Counted from the stretch's first letter, positions 25,681 through 39,082 are shown. The stretch is DNA of 64,000 nucleotides from Octopus sinensis (GCF_006345805.1 NC_043014.1:9486001-9550000); one strand, 5' to 3'. Notes: generated by a model from the sequence alone, not told the origin. Numbers and translations are program-made.

Positions 25681-25885
25681 TACGGAGATGTACTCGCATA
25701 GCAAGTAATTTGATCTGAGATCGTGTGCTGAAATGAAAACAATTGCAGCGTGGAAGGTGTTTATAAGCCATTTAAGAAACACACAAAAGCCGTTCGATTC
25801 ACTTCAACATTTAAGTTTAATTTGTCAAAATATTTTCGTCGCTAAAATCCGCGACCTGTTCACTGACAAAAATCCGTGCTGCATC
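25681..25885 (-). mobile_element. 205-bp Penelope-like insert with 13-bp TSD
   Basis: TATTAATACATAT at 25668-25680 and 25886-25898; contains an HHR fold. Confidence 0.7.
25821..25870 (-). ncRNA. Minimal type-I hammerhead with G3:C8 core swap
   Basis: TTTGTCA-GTGAACA-G-GTCGC-GGATTTTA-GCGAC-GAAA-ATAT-TT^TGACAAA; 7-bp helix I, 5-bp helix II, palindromic AATATT helix III. Confidence 0.7.
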
Positions 25886-26424
25886 TATTAATACATATAT
25901 ATAGACATATTAAATTTCTTAGATATAATTTTATATTAAGTCATTCATTAGACGTTCATATTTGACAGTCATATTAAAACGTTGACTTTTTCAGATATGA
26001 TTTTATATCAAAATGTTCATACTAAGACATTCTATTAGAAATGGAAGGAATTAAAATGAAACAGAGATCGGAAGATTTTGTATTTATGCTTTCAAAATGA
26101 TGGGCTTTGTCTATTTTTTAAGCTGTTATATCCAGTAACATTAAAGAGCCTGACGAGTGTAAACGTTTTGAAAGACGCTAATACCAGCAAGAGAAATCAA
26201 TACTGCATATACGCTGCGCATGCTACGTTTGTACAATTTGTAGTTCTTCTGTACCTATGATTGTACTGATACCACCCTCAGCTCTAGAGTGTAGAGCTGT
26301 AATATTCGCATATTCAACACTCATGTACACATACACACCTATTTATTTACACGTATATATATATTTGCGTGGGTAAGTCTGGGTGTATATATAATATATA
26401 CGCACGAAACTCTCGGACCTATAT

Positions 26425-26554
26425 ACCAACCACATGGTTCTAGGTTCAGTACGACTGCATGGCATCTTGGGCAAGTGTCTTCTACTATAGCCTCGGGTCG
26501 ACCAAAGCCTTGTGAGTGGAATTGATAGACGGAAACTGAAAGAAGCCCGTCGGA

Positions 26555-26620
<66 letters not shown>

Positions 26621-26846
26621 CGTGTGTGTGTGTGCGTTTGTGTGTATGTTTGTGTCTCTGTGTTTGTCACACCCCCCACTATCGCTTGACAATCGATGTT
26701 GGTGTGTTCGCATCTCCGTAACTTAGCGGTTCGGCAAAAAGACTGATAGAATAAGTACTAAGCTTACAAAGAATAAGTCCTGCGGTCGATTTCTTCGAAT
26801 AAAGGCGGTGTTCCAGCATGGCCACACTCAAATGACTGAAACAAGT
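26425..26846 (+). mobile_element. SINE family B, head partly missing
   Basis: ACCAACCACATGGTTC to AAATGACTGAAACAAGT. Confidence 0.88.
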
Positions 26847-28060
26847 ATCTAATATTTCACTTTCGTCATTATATGCATCGTGGGCCTTCCAATGCTAAAA
26901 TACAAGCCTAAAGCTTGACACTAGATTACACCATCTTGTTTGTCAGTCATGAGCAGAGAGAATGTTTTATTATTTTCACCAGATCAATGACAGAAGGATT
27001 CGATAGATAAAAACCGAAAGGTTGTGTCCATGTTAGATACCATGGGTTTCGTATTTCTTTTCCACCTTCTGTGTTTCTTTAATTTCTCTTCATCCACGTC
27101 ATTGACACTTGGCTGGATTTCACTCGCGTTGAAAACCTGATAATAGAACCATGACATTCGCAGCCAGTCTTGGCGTACAACATCATTCCATGTCAACGAA
27201 TAAATTGCTGACATTTTGTTTTTACATTTCTGTGCGGACTGGCTTGTATTTATAGCAGGGTGTGTAACCCCATATGAATCCGGCCGTGCTCAAGTTTTCC
27301 TCGGTTGCATTAGAGGAAGAATTAAAATAGCACTGAAAATAAAATGTACTTACTTGGCAGATTAACTTCACTTACAGATTAAGATATAGAATAACGATAT
27401 ACAACCTTTTGCATTTAAAGTGAGCGACACAGAGAAAAAGAATGAGTGAATGCGAGAGGGAAAGTAAGAGAAGAAAATGTGAAGTGTTATCTGGTAAAGC
27501 TGATAAAACAAATTAACTTAACTATACAAACATCAGATTCCGTTAATCTTAAACAGTTACACTTATTAAATCGATATATAAAATTATAAAAACGCCTTTT
27601 AACACTCATTTATTATCTCTCGAGGTAATCATTGACGTTCGTTATAGTATCTCAGGTGACAAGTCGTCACACAAATATATCATTAATTTTGATATCGATT
27701 TCAGCAGCGCTTACAGCGTCGATCTAAATATATAGGACATGTAAATCGACGCTTCAGAAATGATGCCTTCACACTTTAGTGAATCGTGCTGCCATAAGAA
27801 TATCACCGATAAGTCTTGAATTAAATAGGTTAGAGTGCGTTTGATAAGAACGGTGAAATCTATTCTTTCACCTGCTAAAGTTGTAAATATACAAAGCACC
27901 GATGCTATCAACGAAAAGATTTGCGATTACGGCTGTTTTATTTTCAGCTTTTAGTTTTATATTATATTTGTTAATGGATGCTTGCTTCAGTAATGTATCA
28001 ATTATATTTCCTTACATATATGGAGTAACTGTTTGCTTGAAAGGACAACTTATGTTACAT

Positions 28061-28299
28061 TCTTTTATTCGTTTATTCTTTTGCTTGTTTCAGTCATTTG
28101 AATGTGGTCAGGCTGGAGCACCGCCTTTAGTCGAGCAAATCGAATCCAGGACTTATTATTTGTAAGCCTAGTACTTCTTCTATCGGTCTTTTAAACCAAA
28201 CCGCTAAGTTACGGGGATGTAAACACGCCAACATCTGTTGTCAAGCGTTGTTGGGAGACAAACACAGATACACAAACATACACACACAGAGACGCAAAT

Positions 28300-28332
<33 letters not shown>

Positions 28333-28504
28333 CATATATACGACGGGCTTCTTTCAGTTTCCGTCTACCAAATCCACTCACAAGGCTTTGGTCGGCCCTA
28401 GGCTGTAGTAGAAGACACTTGCTGAAGGTGCCACGCAGTAGGCCTGAACTCAGAACTATGTGGTTGGTAAGCAATCTACTTACCACGCAGCCACTCCTAC
28501 GCCT
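28061..28504 (-). mobile_element. SINE family B, full length
   Basis: Reverse complement of family B consensus. Confidence 0.9.
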
Positions 28505-29389
28505 GTATTAAGGTTTCACCTTACCGGTATTCTTATGAAGAATTATTTACGGATACTATAATAACATCGGTAAGTACATGGAATGATGTATGAACACTAG
28601 TGGTAAAGTATTAGTATTACAATTTAAACATTGGTGATAACTGAAATATAAAGTGTTGTTATATTTCTCTGTGAAATGCACGTTAATGTGTCGATCTCAG
28701 CGTTTGGTTTATGACCGAGAAATAACGTCATGAACGGATCCCAATGACTCAGATCAACCGTGGACAAAATAATGACGAAAATTGTTGTCCTTAACATATG
28801 TCTGGTATAACGAAGTGAGGAGGTGGGGGAAACAGGGAGAGTCACAGATAGGAAGCATGAGAGACTAAAAGAGGCTGCTGGTGTATTTGCTATCTGATCA
28901 CGTTCAAGCTGTACCAGCAACGATACCATAAGCAGATCCGATGGGTAGGGGGATTCTTGCCTGAATGGTGCAAAAGTGACATACAAGAATATTACGGAAA
29001 CACCGAGGATCGGTGGAAGCAGTGACGCACTACAAAATTCACTCGCGACCTGAGGTGTTCCGTTGTGCGTGTTGCGACCAAAATTCAGAACGCACAAACG
29101 TAAATACTCTGCACCAAACGCTATTGATCATAATTATATTTCATTGCCTTTTAGCCGGAGCTAAAAGAAGAACGACACCTAAAACAAAAACACATAACGT
29201 ATAAATACAACAACATTATGTGATAGGGTTCAAACTGAATCAAAGTCTCAAGATATTGGTATAATAAAATTCGTGTTCATCTTTCAAAAATATAATTCTC
29301 TTTTTCTTAGGCAACCTCTCTATCCATAAAATATCGATACAATGTACGAAAACGTACATAAAATACAGGTACACACACACAAATATAAA

Positions 29390-29519
29390 TATATATGTAT
29401 ATATATGTATGTATATATTTATGTATATATATATATATATATATATATAATTATATATATTTATGTATATATTATATATATATATATGTATATATGTATA
29501 TATATAATATGTATATATG

Positions 29520-29565
<46 letters not shown>

Positions 29566-29667
29566 GTATATATATATATTATATATATATAATATATGTA
29601 TGTATATATATATATATAATAATATATATGTATGTATATATATATTATGTATGTATTATATATATAT

Positions 29668-29725
<58 letters not shown>
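29390..29725. repeat. (TA)n microsatellite
   Basis: Direct reading. Confidence 0.97.
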
Positions 29726-29727
<2 letters not shown>

Positions 29728-29825
29728 TATAGGTGGGGGAGTTCACGAAAAAAACAAAAGACGAAGACAGGTGGTATAGAAAACAAACAGATGTATTAGT
29801 ATAACGCTCGGGAATTAAAAAAAGT

Positions 29826-29861
29826 CTTTTACGTTTCGAGCCTATGCTCTTCTACAGAAAG
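29826..29861 (-). ncRNA. Minimal hammerhead-like motif with A6U, in Penelope-like terminus ~29727-29900
   Basis: CTTT-CTGTAGA-A-GAGC-ATAG-GCTC-GAAA-CG-TA^AAAG; 3' flank ends at (TA)n. Confidence 0.55.
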
Positions 29862-29959
29862 GAACACAGAAAGAAACAAGGAGAGAAAAAAAACGTGTGT
29901 AGTGGCTATCGATCTATTGTGGAGACTGCCGTACAGAATACATACATATATGCAACGCT

Positions 29960-29972
29960 ATCTATCTAATTT

Positions 29973-30060
<88 letters not shown>

Positions 30061-30093
30061 ATCTGTATAATCTATCTATTCTATCTATCTATA

Positions 30094-30143
<50 letters not shown>

Positions 30144-30160
30144 ACTATCTATCTATCTAT
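29960..30160. repeat. (TATC)n tetranucleotide repeat
   Basis: Direct reading. Confidence 0.97.
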
Positions 30161-30191
30161 ATGTGTTTGTGTGCATGTGTATGCATAAATA

Positions 30192-30231
<40 letters not shown>

Positions 30232-31256
30232 TTATATATATATATATATATATGTTACATATGCATATATAATTGTTGGAGTCAAAGGCAGAAGAGTATG
30301 TAGAGTTATGGAAGGCAATTGCCATTCGTATCTGAATACCTCCTCGAAAATCTAAGACAAAGTGGCTAAATGTGAAATCACCACCTGCTCTATCGGGATT
30401 AAAATTTACGCCTATACCAACAATATACAATGCACTTGGCTTTGTGAAAATGAACCAATGCGAAAATCTGGAAAAATAAGAGGTTTCAGAAGAAAAGAAA
30501 GAAAAATATTTAGATAACACGAATACAATCTGAGAACATAATTCTAAAATCATGCATTGCCTCTTTTATATTCAAGCAGCAGCATCATTTTGATATCTAC
30601 TTTCCCAAAATATACCTTTGTGTCTTTGTTAGATAAAAACTCTTTGCTTAGGGCAAGCCTACAAATAATTTCAAACGGAAGAGAAAATACAATTATACGT
30701 ACGTACCTAAGTACGTACACACCCGAGGAAAAGATATGTTCTGTTGTGGAAATCGGCTGTCTTCTGCACTTAAACGTTGTAACAAAATTGTGCTAGAAAT
30801 AGAACATCTAAGAACCATTAAAAATTTATCGATTCAGTATCATGCTTACTATTATTGGAGCAAAAAGATACATACCAATATATGTATACATAAACATGTA
30901 TTATATATATATATATATATATATAGTATATATATATAATATATATGTATATATATATGTATATATATATATATATATAAACACACATATATATACATAT
31001 ATATATATATATACACATATATATATACATATATTATATATAATATATATATACATATATATATACATATATATATATACATATATATATACATATATAT
31101 ATATAATGTTCATGCTAAATTCTGTGTCTCTGCTTGCATAAATATCAAGGAATCTATTTATGCATAACACATACACCCCCACACACACACACGCACGCAC
31201 GCCCGCACTCACACATCACTCATACATATATAAAGTCTTTGTTACATATTGTATCT

Positions 31257-31288
<32 letters not shown>

Positions 31289-31957
31289 TTATGCACGTAT
31301 AATTATCTACGTGTCAATTGAAGTGTATAGTTACGAACACATACTCGTGAGCGTAAAGCTGTATGTATTTGCTGACGTATTTAATATGTATTTTACTTTT
31401 TCAGTGTAATTGTAGGTATAATGCACTTTGCCCCACAGATTCAGCATTTTGCAAATTATACATCAGTCACTCTACGAGAATTTTATGACGATTTTCGTTT
31501 ATAATTATAATTATTGAATTCCAATGATATGTAGTAAAATTTTATAATAAATTTATTTGGTAACGCTCCATAGAGAAAATTCTACGTTCTTCTGTCATTG
31601 AGTTGATATAGAAAAATATAAATTATCAATAATGTTTATCGTTTTCTGATGACTAGTTGCCTTGCTTTATTGACAACAATCATGCAAAAACAGATGCATT
31701 TTGGGAATGCGTACGTATGTGCGTATACATCTGTATCAATATGTTTTTTACCCTTTCCTCTATAATCAGCGCTAAATATGCTTTCAGAAGTCAGTGCGAA
31801 TAGATATGACTTAGCATAGCGATAACGTGCCAACCTGTTATACTTATTCAAACATACTGTATAAGTTCCCTATATACGGAAATGAGTGTTACGAATATAT
31901 ATATTCATCTTTCGACGCTCACCTGTATGCGTTAGTCCATATATATATATATTATAT

Positions 31958-31997
<40 letters not shown>

Positions 31998-32261
31998 CTA
32001 CAAAATTAGAAAATGGAGAAACATACTTAAATCAATAAAACATCAACCATCAGATGATACCCAATCAATACTTTATTACACCATTACATAACAGTAAAGG
32101 CATTATACAAAATATATTGTAAATATAAATAGACAAGGAAATAGAAATATAAAATATAAAATATAATATGTAATATATACAAATACATACATACATGCAT
32201 ACATACATACATACACGTACTTATTTAATCGACCCCGAATGGATGAAAGGCAAAACCGTCC

Positions 32262-32345
32262 AGGTGGGGAACCTATACGCCAAGGAAACCGGGAAACCGG
32301 CCTTAATGTGCCAGGAATGGCTCGAGAAAGAACAAACAAACAATT
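32262..32345 (+). mobile_element. Isolated tail-type-2 sequence joined to a minus-strand family C fragment
   Basis: CAGGTGGGGAACCTATACGCCAAGGAAACCGGGAAACCGGCCTTAATG matches 19905-19985. Confidence 0.8.
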
Positions 32346-32656
32346 TACATATTTATTAACAAAAGAATATGTTGTGGTTGGTATGTCTTGGAATATAGCA
32401 ACAAGAGCAAACGATGATAGCAGCAGGAGCTAAAACATGAGTATGACGCAGAAACAACCGTAAGACTGATATGAGGCAAACAAACATGGCGTACGAGAGC
32501 TCGATCCATTCTTCTATAGCCAAATAACATTTCTTTCAAAACACATAGCAGTATTAACAAAAATATGAAATGGAGTTCGTGGATTGAGATTCGTTTGTTA
32601 TGGAGTTGGTCAAAATTAGATTAACATGGTGCTACAAAATATCTTCAAAAATAACA

Positions 32657-32900
32657 GGCGCAGGAGTGGCTCTGTGGTAAGTACCTTGCTTACCATATAC
32701 GTGTCTGTGTTGGCCTCCCCAACATCACTTGATAACCGATGCTGGTGTGTTAACATCCCCGTAACTTAGCGGTTTGGTAAAAGAGACCGATAGAATAAGT
32801 ATTATGTTTATGAAGAATAAATCCTAGGCTCGATTTGCTCGACTAAAGGCGGTGCTCCAGCATGGTCGCAGTCGAATAACTGCAACAACTAAAATAGTAA
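32657..32900 (+). mobile_element. SINE family B with internal deletion
   Basis: Head joins directly to GTGTCTGTGTT...; diverged tail. Confidence 0.8.
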
Positions 32901-32994
32901 AGGGAGAGTTATGTTACCTTCGCTACAAACATTGCTATTACTGATTCTTCAACTCCTGCCTCCCTCTTCCTCCTCCTTACTACTACTACTGCTG

Positions 32995-33057
<63 letters not shown>

Positions 33058-33069
33058 TACTACTACTAC

Positions 33070-33110
<41 letters not shown>

Positions 33111-33223
33111 TTAATAATAATATTCATAATAATAATAATAGTAATAATAGAAGCAAGAATGGAAGAGCGCCATTGTTATTAAGTGAACGAGGCACACATC
33201 ATCATCACTACTACTACTACTAC

Positions 33224-33256
<33 letters not shown>

Positions 33257-33265
33257 CATTATTAT

Positions 33266-33600
33266 TCTGTTTGATTTTTGCTATACATTTGCACAGACTG
33301 GCTCCAAGTCTCTCCCAGAGACCTCAAGAGACAACAAGTCGAAACTTCATGTTGGTGTTACGCCTAGGGTGCCATATATTTGGTTTTGTACATAGTGTTG
33401 TACTAGTGAATGCCTAAAAAACCATACGAAAATTATGTTTGTTTTAAAACTTGGGATTACATAGAAGGTATTTTGCGTAGGATATGAGCAGTTCCCATGA
33501 GCACTATCATTTGAATTTCTGCTATTTTTGGGTTTCCTGGTATATGAGTTAGGTAGTAATCAACCCCTTTTGCTATCATTCCCAGGGCAACTATGACAAC
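33266..33600 (-). mobile_element. RLE-type retrotransposon 3' end, same family as 6067, in (TAA)n
   Basis: VIVALGMIAKGVDYYLTHIPGNPKIAEIQMIVLMGTAHILRKIPSM*. Confidence 0.88.
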
Positions 33601-33624
33601 ATTATTATTACTATTATTATTATC

Positions 33625-33679
<55 letters not shown>

Positions 33680-33812
33680 GTGTTGTTGTTGTTATTATAA
33701 TCATAAAAAATATGTACAGTGCTATCCCAGCCAGTTTGCTTAATCTCACGCACGAAACTCTTTTCTATTGAATCAATCTATAATTTCTCTATAACAGTGT
33801 TACATACATACA

Positions 33813-33854
<42 letters not shown>

Positions 33855-34905
33855 GCATCCACATGTATACACATACTACATAGACACATAGACTCGCACA
33901 CACATATGTATGTAGCTATGCATGTATGCATACATATATACAGGAATGCCCCTTGGCATGCATATAAATGTCGTACGAATGCATACAAATATAACATGGT
34001 TTAAAAATGCGTATCTTAAAATTGTATTGTTTAATGCTAACGTTTCCGGTGTCAATGTTTCTAGCGTCAGCTTTTCTGTATGCTAATCTATCCCCCTTAT
34101 GAATATTGTTCTAAAGTTCGTCAACGCAGTTTATATTTCCATAAACATAAGTAGCCATTTTGAGAGGTACTTTCGACATGTTCTTCGTTCAAATGCTACA
34201 TCTTTATACGCTTAATACCGATATTATAACTTAAAATTATATATAGCCACCAATAAAAGTTGTCCCATGTCAATTGATATGTTATTTGATAAACGCTTGT
34301 CCTGAATACGATGACAAACTGAAGAATAATATAATTAAACGACAAGCGAAATTATTGAATTCAACTTCACTGACAGTTCTATCACATGGCTGCATATGAA
34401 TAAATGTGCGCCATTTAAAAAGAATATCTGCTATATTTCCTCCCATGTTTATATTTATTCGAATGTAGCCATTAAGAGACGCTTAGAAACAATGACAAGG
34501 AAATGCACATTGATCTAATCAGTATACAATTGCCCCTAGAAATGTCTTAAGAGTACAATCGACATGTGTGGATGTGATCTGCGTTGATGATTATCTTTCA
34601 GTTTCTAGCTATTAGTTTAGAAACCGTGTTCTTTATTCTTGTAGTTAGTTACGCGGATGCTATTATATTTCATCAGATAAAAAGAAGTAATGGAGTTTGA
34701 TGTCGAAATCTATTGGGATTTCATTTAGTAAAAATTCTTTGTTGGCCACAAAGTCAAATTTTGAATAATCAGAGAAGCAGATAGGAGTAAATGATATGTA
34801 TACACACACAATAACATACGCAGCCACCCACATACACACATTCAAAAGCACACGCATAGACATACACATATGTGTATGCACAGACGTATATATATATATA
34901 TTATA

Positions 34906-34970
<65 letters not shown>

Positions 34971-34979
<9 letters not shown>

Positions 34980-35248
34980 AATGTGTTGGTTTAGGCACAC
35001 ATAGAAATATAAGTATGTATGTATGCGAGCTGGCAGGAACGTTAGCACGCCGGGCGAAATGCGTAGCCGTATTTCGTCTGCCCCTACGTTCTGAGTTCAA
35101 ATTCCGCCGAGGTCGACTTTGCCTTTCATCCATTCGGGGTCGATAAATTAAGTACCAGTTACGCACTGGGGTCGATGTAATCGACTTAATCGCTTTGTCT
35201 GTCCTTGTTTGTCCCCTCTGCGTTTAGCCCCTCGTGGGTAGTAAAGAA

Positions 35249-35287
<39 letters not shown>

Positions 35288-35567
35288 TATGTATATATAA
35301 ATGTGTTGGTTTAGGCACACATAGAATATAAGTATGTATGTATGCGAGCTGGCAGGAACGTTAGCACGCCGGGCGAAATGCGTAGCCGTATTTCGTCTGC
35401 CCCTACGTTCTGAGTTCAAATTCCGCCGAGGTCGACTTTGCCTTTCATCCATTCGGGGTCGATAAATTAAGTACCAGTTACGCACTGGGGTCGATGTAAT
35501 CGACTTAATCGCTTTGTCTGTCCTTGTTTGTCCCCTCTGCGTTTAGCCCCTCGTGGGTAGTAAAGAA

Positions 35568-35570
<3 letters not shown>
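34971..35570 (+). repeat. ~320-bp near-identical tandem duplication, each unit with a SINE family C
   Basis: 34971-35250 equals 35291-35570 except about one indel; (TA)n at unit boundaries. Confidence 0.92.
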
Positions 35571-35598
<28 letters not shown>

Positions 35599-36744
35599 AT
35601 ATATATAAGTATTTATATTATATATATAGAGAGAGAGAGTGAAAGAGAAAAGGAGAGAGAGAGGGGTGATAGATACAAACATATAAAAATACATACATAC
35701 ATGGATTACTCTGGCAATGCTGGTTGTAATAGAGTAAGAAAATTTTATGGATTCGGGGCTAAAGATTCCTCTAAGGGGGCTGGATATATAAATAGATATA
35801 TAAATGGAGGAACAATGGATTGAGGTGTAGGAAGACGGTGAGCTTCAGGCAATCCGTAGAATGTATAAAAAACAATAGTGGTTTGTTGGGGCGAAAGTTT
35901 GTAAATATTTTTTCGGTGTCTAAGTACGATAAGCTGAAAAAAATATTTTGTATTTCACAGTAAGTAGCCAGGTTTGCCAGGTGAGCGAATGAAAATATAA
36001 GAGTTAAGGAATGGAGTAGATAAAATTTGGGCTACATATGTTTCATAGCGAGTGGAACCTCGAGAGTGGTAAATATCCGAGTGAGGTGTACACCACAGGC
36101 TACTCTTCAGGCCGGGGGTACCTTGATTAAATTAAGTTTATATTATCGTTAGGAGGTACGTTTTAACACACGAAATATTCGGTCAGAATGAGTAGAGAGC
36201 ACGGTCCGAGTGGAGGATACAACTGTGAAGAGAAATTATGAAGATAAGAAAGAATATAAGAAGATTAAAATTTATTGAGAGGAAGAGTTGAAAGTAAAGA
36301 ATTTAAGCAATGTCGTTTCCCAGGTACTTTTCAACAGGGCCATTTCGCCTGAGTCATAGAAGTAGGAATGGGGAGGATATATCGCATAATTGAAGCTATT
36401 ACCGACAGACAGGGTGGTACTGGCATCGAGCCGTATAAATAGAAATAAAATCAAATAAAATCGTGATATTTTGAAGTCATTTAATAAATACGTTTCGGGT
36501 TTGCCTAATATAAAACAGGCAGCGCTTCCAGTGCGTAAACTTTCCTCAGTTGCTTTAAATGAGGAAGGTTTGCGTAATGCATGCATTACCTATAATAATA
36601 TTACGCAAGGCTGAGCCGTTTGCATTAAATGACTCCAAAATATCATACGACTGCATTTCTTCATATACATACATAAATTACGTTCATACATAAATGCATA
36701 CGCATAGACTCACACATACACATATTCACATGATTAGACATACA

Positions 36745-37283
36745 CGGTGTGCTGGCAGAATCGTTAGACGAGGTCGACTTTGCCTTTCATCCTTTCGGGG
36801 TCAATTAAATAAGTACCAGTTACGCACTGAGGTCGATGTAATCGACTTAATCCGTTTGTCTGTCTTTGTTTGTGCTCTCTGTGTTTAGCCCCTTGTGGGT
36901 AGTAAAGAAATAGGTATTTCGTCTGCCGCTACGTCCTGAGTTCAAATTCCGCCGAGGGCAACTTTGCCTTTCATCCTTTCGAGGTCGGTTAAATAAGTAC
37001 CAGTTACGCACTGGGGTCGATATAATCGACTTAATTCGTTTGTCTGTCCTTGTTTGTCTCCTCTGTGTTTAGCCCCTTGTGGGTAGTAAAGAAATACGTA
37101 TTTCGTCTGCCGCTACGTTCTGAGTTCAAATTCCGCCGAGGTCGACTTTGCCTTTCATCCTTTCGGGGTCGATTAAATAAGTACCAGTTACGCACTGGAG
37201 TCGATACAATCGACTTAATTCGTTTGTCTGTCCTTGTTTGTCCCCTCTGCGTTTAGCCCCTTGTGGGTAGTAAAGAAATAGGA
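36745..37283 (+). mobile_element. SINE family C, array of three body units
   Basis: Junctions GAAATAG|GTATTTCG near 36912 and GAAATAC|GTATTTCG near 37097. Confidence 0.9.
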
Positions 37284-37854
37284 ACACCCCCCCCCCCCGC
37301 ATACATATGTGTGTGTGTCTGTGTGTGTGGGGGGAATAGTTGTATGTGTGTGTATAATAAGGATAAAAGAAGAGGTGTTTACTAGCAAACATAATCGGGA
37401 AATCAAAACGAAAAGTCGGAAAAAATAACATACATATCTATGGTGCTATAACGATAAAAGTTTACACCCTCGATAGAAATTCCATACAATGCTTCCGTAA
37501 AAGTCACCACCATGTGAGCTTACTGACAGTTCATGCATTGTTGGCCGATCGTCACCATGTAAAGATTCGCCATTGTTATCTAGAGATATGTCAAACTTTG
37601 TACGGCAAAATAGATTTTATGAATGCATAGATTACTTTCTCTTATTGTTTATTCCTTTGATGATAATGTCAGCGTATATAACGGTAGTTTTTATTTAAAT
37701 GTTAAAAGGTCTGAAAAGGTCTACAAGGAGATCAATGCGAAGAAGAATAATGGCAAAGAGAAAGGAAAAATGTAATAAAACAATACGCAAACAATTTCCA
37801 CGTCTAAAACAACAAAAGAAACCACTGCAAGAGAAAAAATATTAACAAGCGTAG

Positions 37855-38157
37855 TATCATCATCGTCATCGTCATCATCGTCGTCGTCGTCGCCGTCGTC
37901 ATTATCATCATCATCGTGATCATCATCACCATCATCATCATCATCAACATCATCATCATCAACATCATCGTCATCATAATCATCATAATCATCATCATCA
38001 TCATAATCATCATCATCGTCATCATCATCGTCGTCGTCATCATCACCATAATAATCAGCATCATCAACATCATCGTCATCGTCATCATTATCATAATCAT
38101 CATCATCATAATCTTCATCATCATCATCGTCATCGTCATCATCATCATCATCATCAC
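37855..38157. repeat. (ATC)n-type trinucleotide repeat
   Basis: Direct reading; source of the poly-Asp/Met/Ile ORFs. Confidence 0.95.
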
Positions 38158-38159
38158 AA

Positions 38160-38345
38160 GGTTGCGAGCTGACAAAATCGTTACCACGACGGGCTAAAAT
38201 GCTTAGCGCTGTATTTGGTCTGCTGCTACTTTCTGAGTTCAAATTCCACCGAGGTTGACTTTGCCCTTTATCCTTTCAAGGTCGAGAAATTAAGCACCAG
38301 TGAAACACTGGGAGTAGATGTTTTTGACTGGTCCCCTCCTCCAAA
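38160..38345 (+). mobile_element. Old SINE family C
   Basis: GCGAGCTGACAAAATCGTTA...GAGTTCAAATTCCACCGAGGTTGACTTTGCC. Confidence 0.7.
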
Positions 38346-38410
38346 ATTTAGGCTCTTATGCATTTAATAGAAAACAGGAAAAAAAAAGAAAGCAAAGAAA
38401 ATAAAGAAAA

Positions 38411-38558
38411 TAACTTAGCGGTTCGGCAAAACAGACCGATAGAATAAGTACTAGGCTTACAAAGAATAAGTCCTGGAGTCGATTTGCTCGACTAAAGGCG
38501 GTGCTCCAGCATGCCCGCAGTCAAATAACTGAAGCAAGTAAAAGAGTAAAAGAGAGTA
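38411..38558 (+). mobile_element. SINE family B, 3' part
   Basis: TAACTTAGCGGTTCGGCAAAA to GTAAAAGAGTAAAAGAG. Confidence 0.88.
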
Positions 38559-39033
38559 GAGGGTATATCGTTCAGGACTTCAGACGAAAAGTCTGACAAA
38601 GTCTTTGTAAGAGACCAAGGTCAATCCTCATGACGTTTTAGCATTCTTTGTATATCAATGATTGTCACCGTTTATTCGCTATTGTTATCATCTCGCATTG
38701 CCATCCAAGAACAATGGCACATTTGCTGAAATAGTCTGCCTGACCTCTATCAATGAGTCAGAGCGAGGAAGCAATAAGAATCTGAAACACTGCATTTATT
38801 TTTAGCATGTACTGCCATAAAAGATAGCGAAGGATAAAACAGGGAGAGAAGCTTGAAACAGAATATAAACGATAGCGCACGTTCAAACGGTGAAACCGAT
38901 ATCGAGAAACATCCACGTCACCCAAATATGGACACTCTATTAACATGCATTGAATGCTTTCTCTAGTACAGTTTATAAGTACGTAGACACACACATACAG
39001 AAACACGAAGGAAAATGCATATATATATATATA

Positions 39034-39074
<41 letters not shown>

Positions 39075-39082
39075 TATATATG

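Noticed and set aside
37721-38242. 173-aa poly-Asp ORF
   Set aside because: Antisense of an (ATC)n microsatellite; its N-terminus is SINE C sequence.
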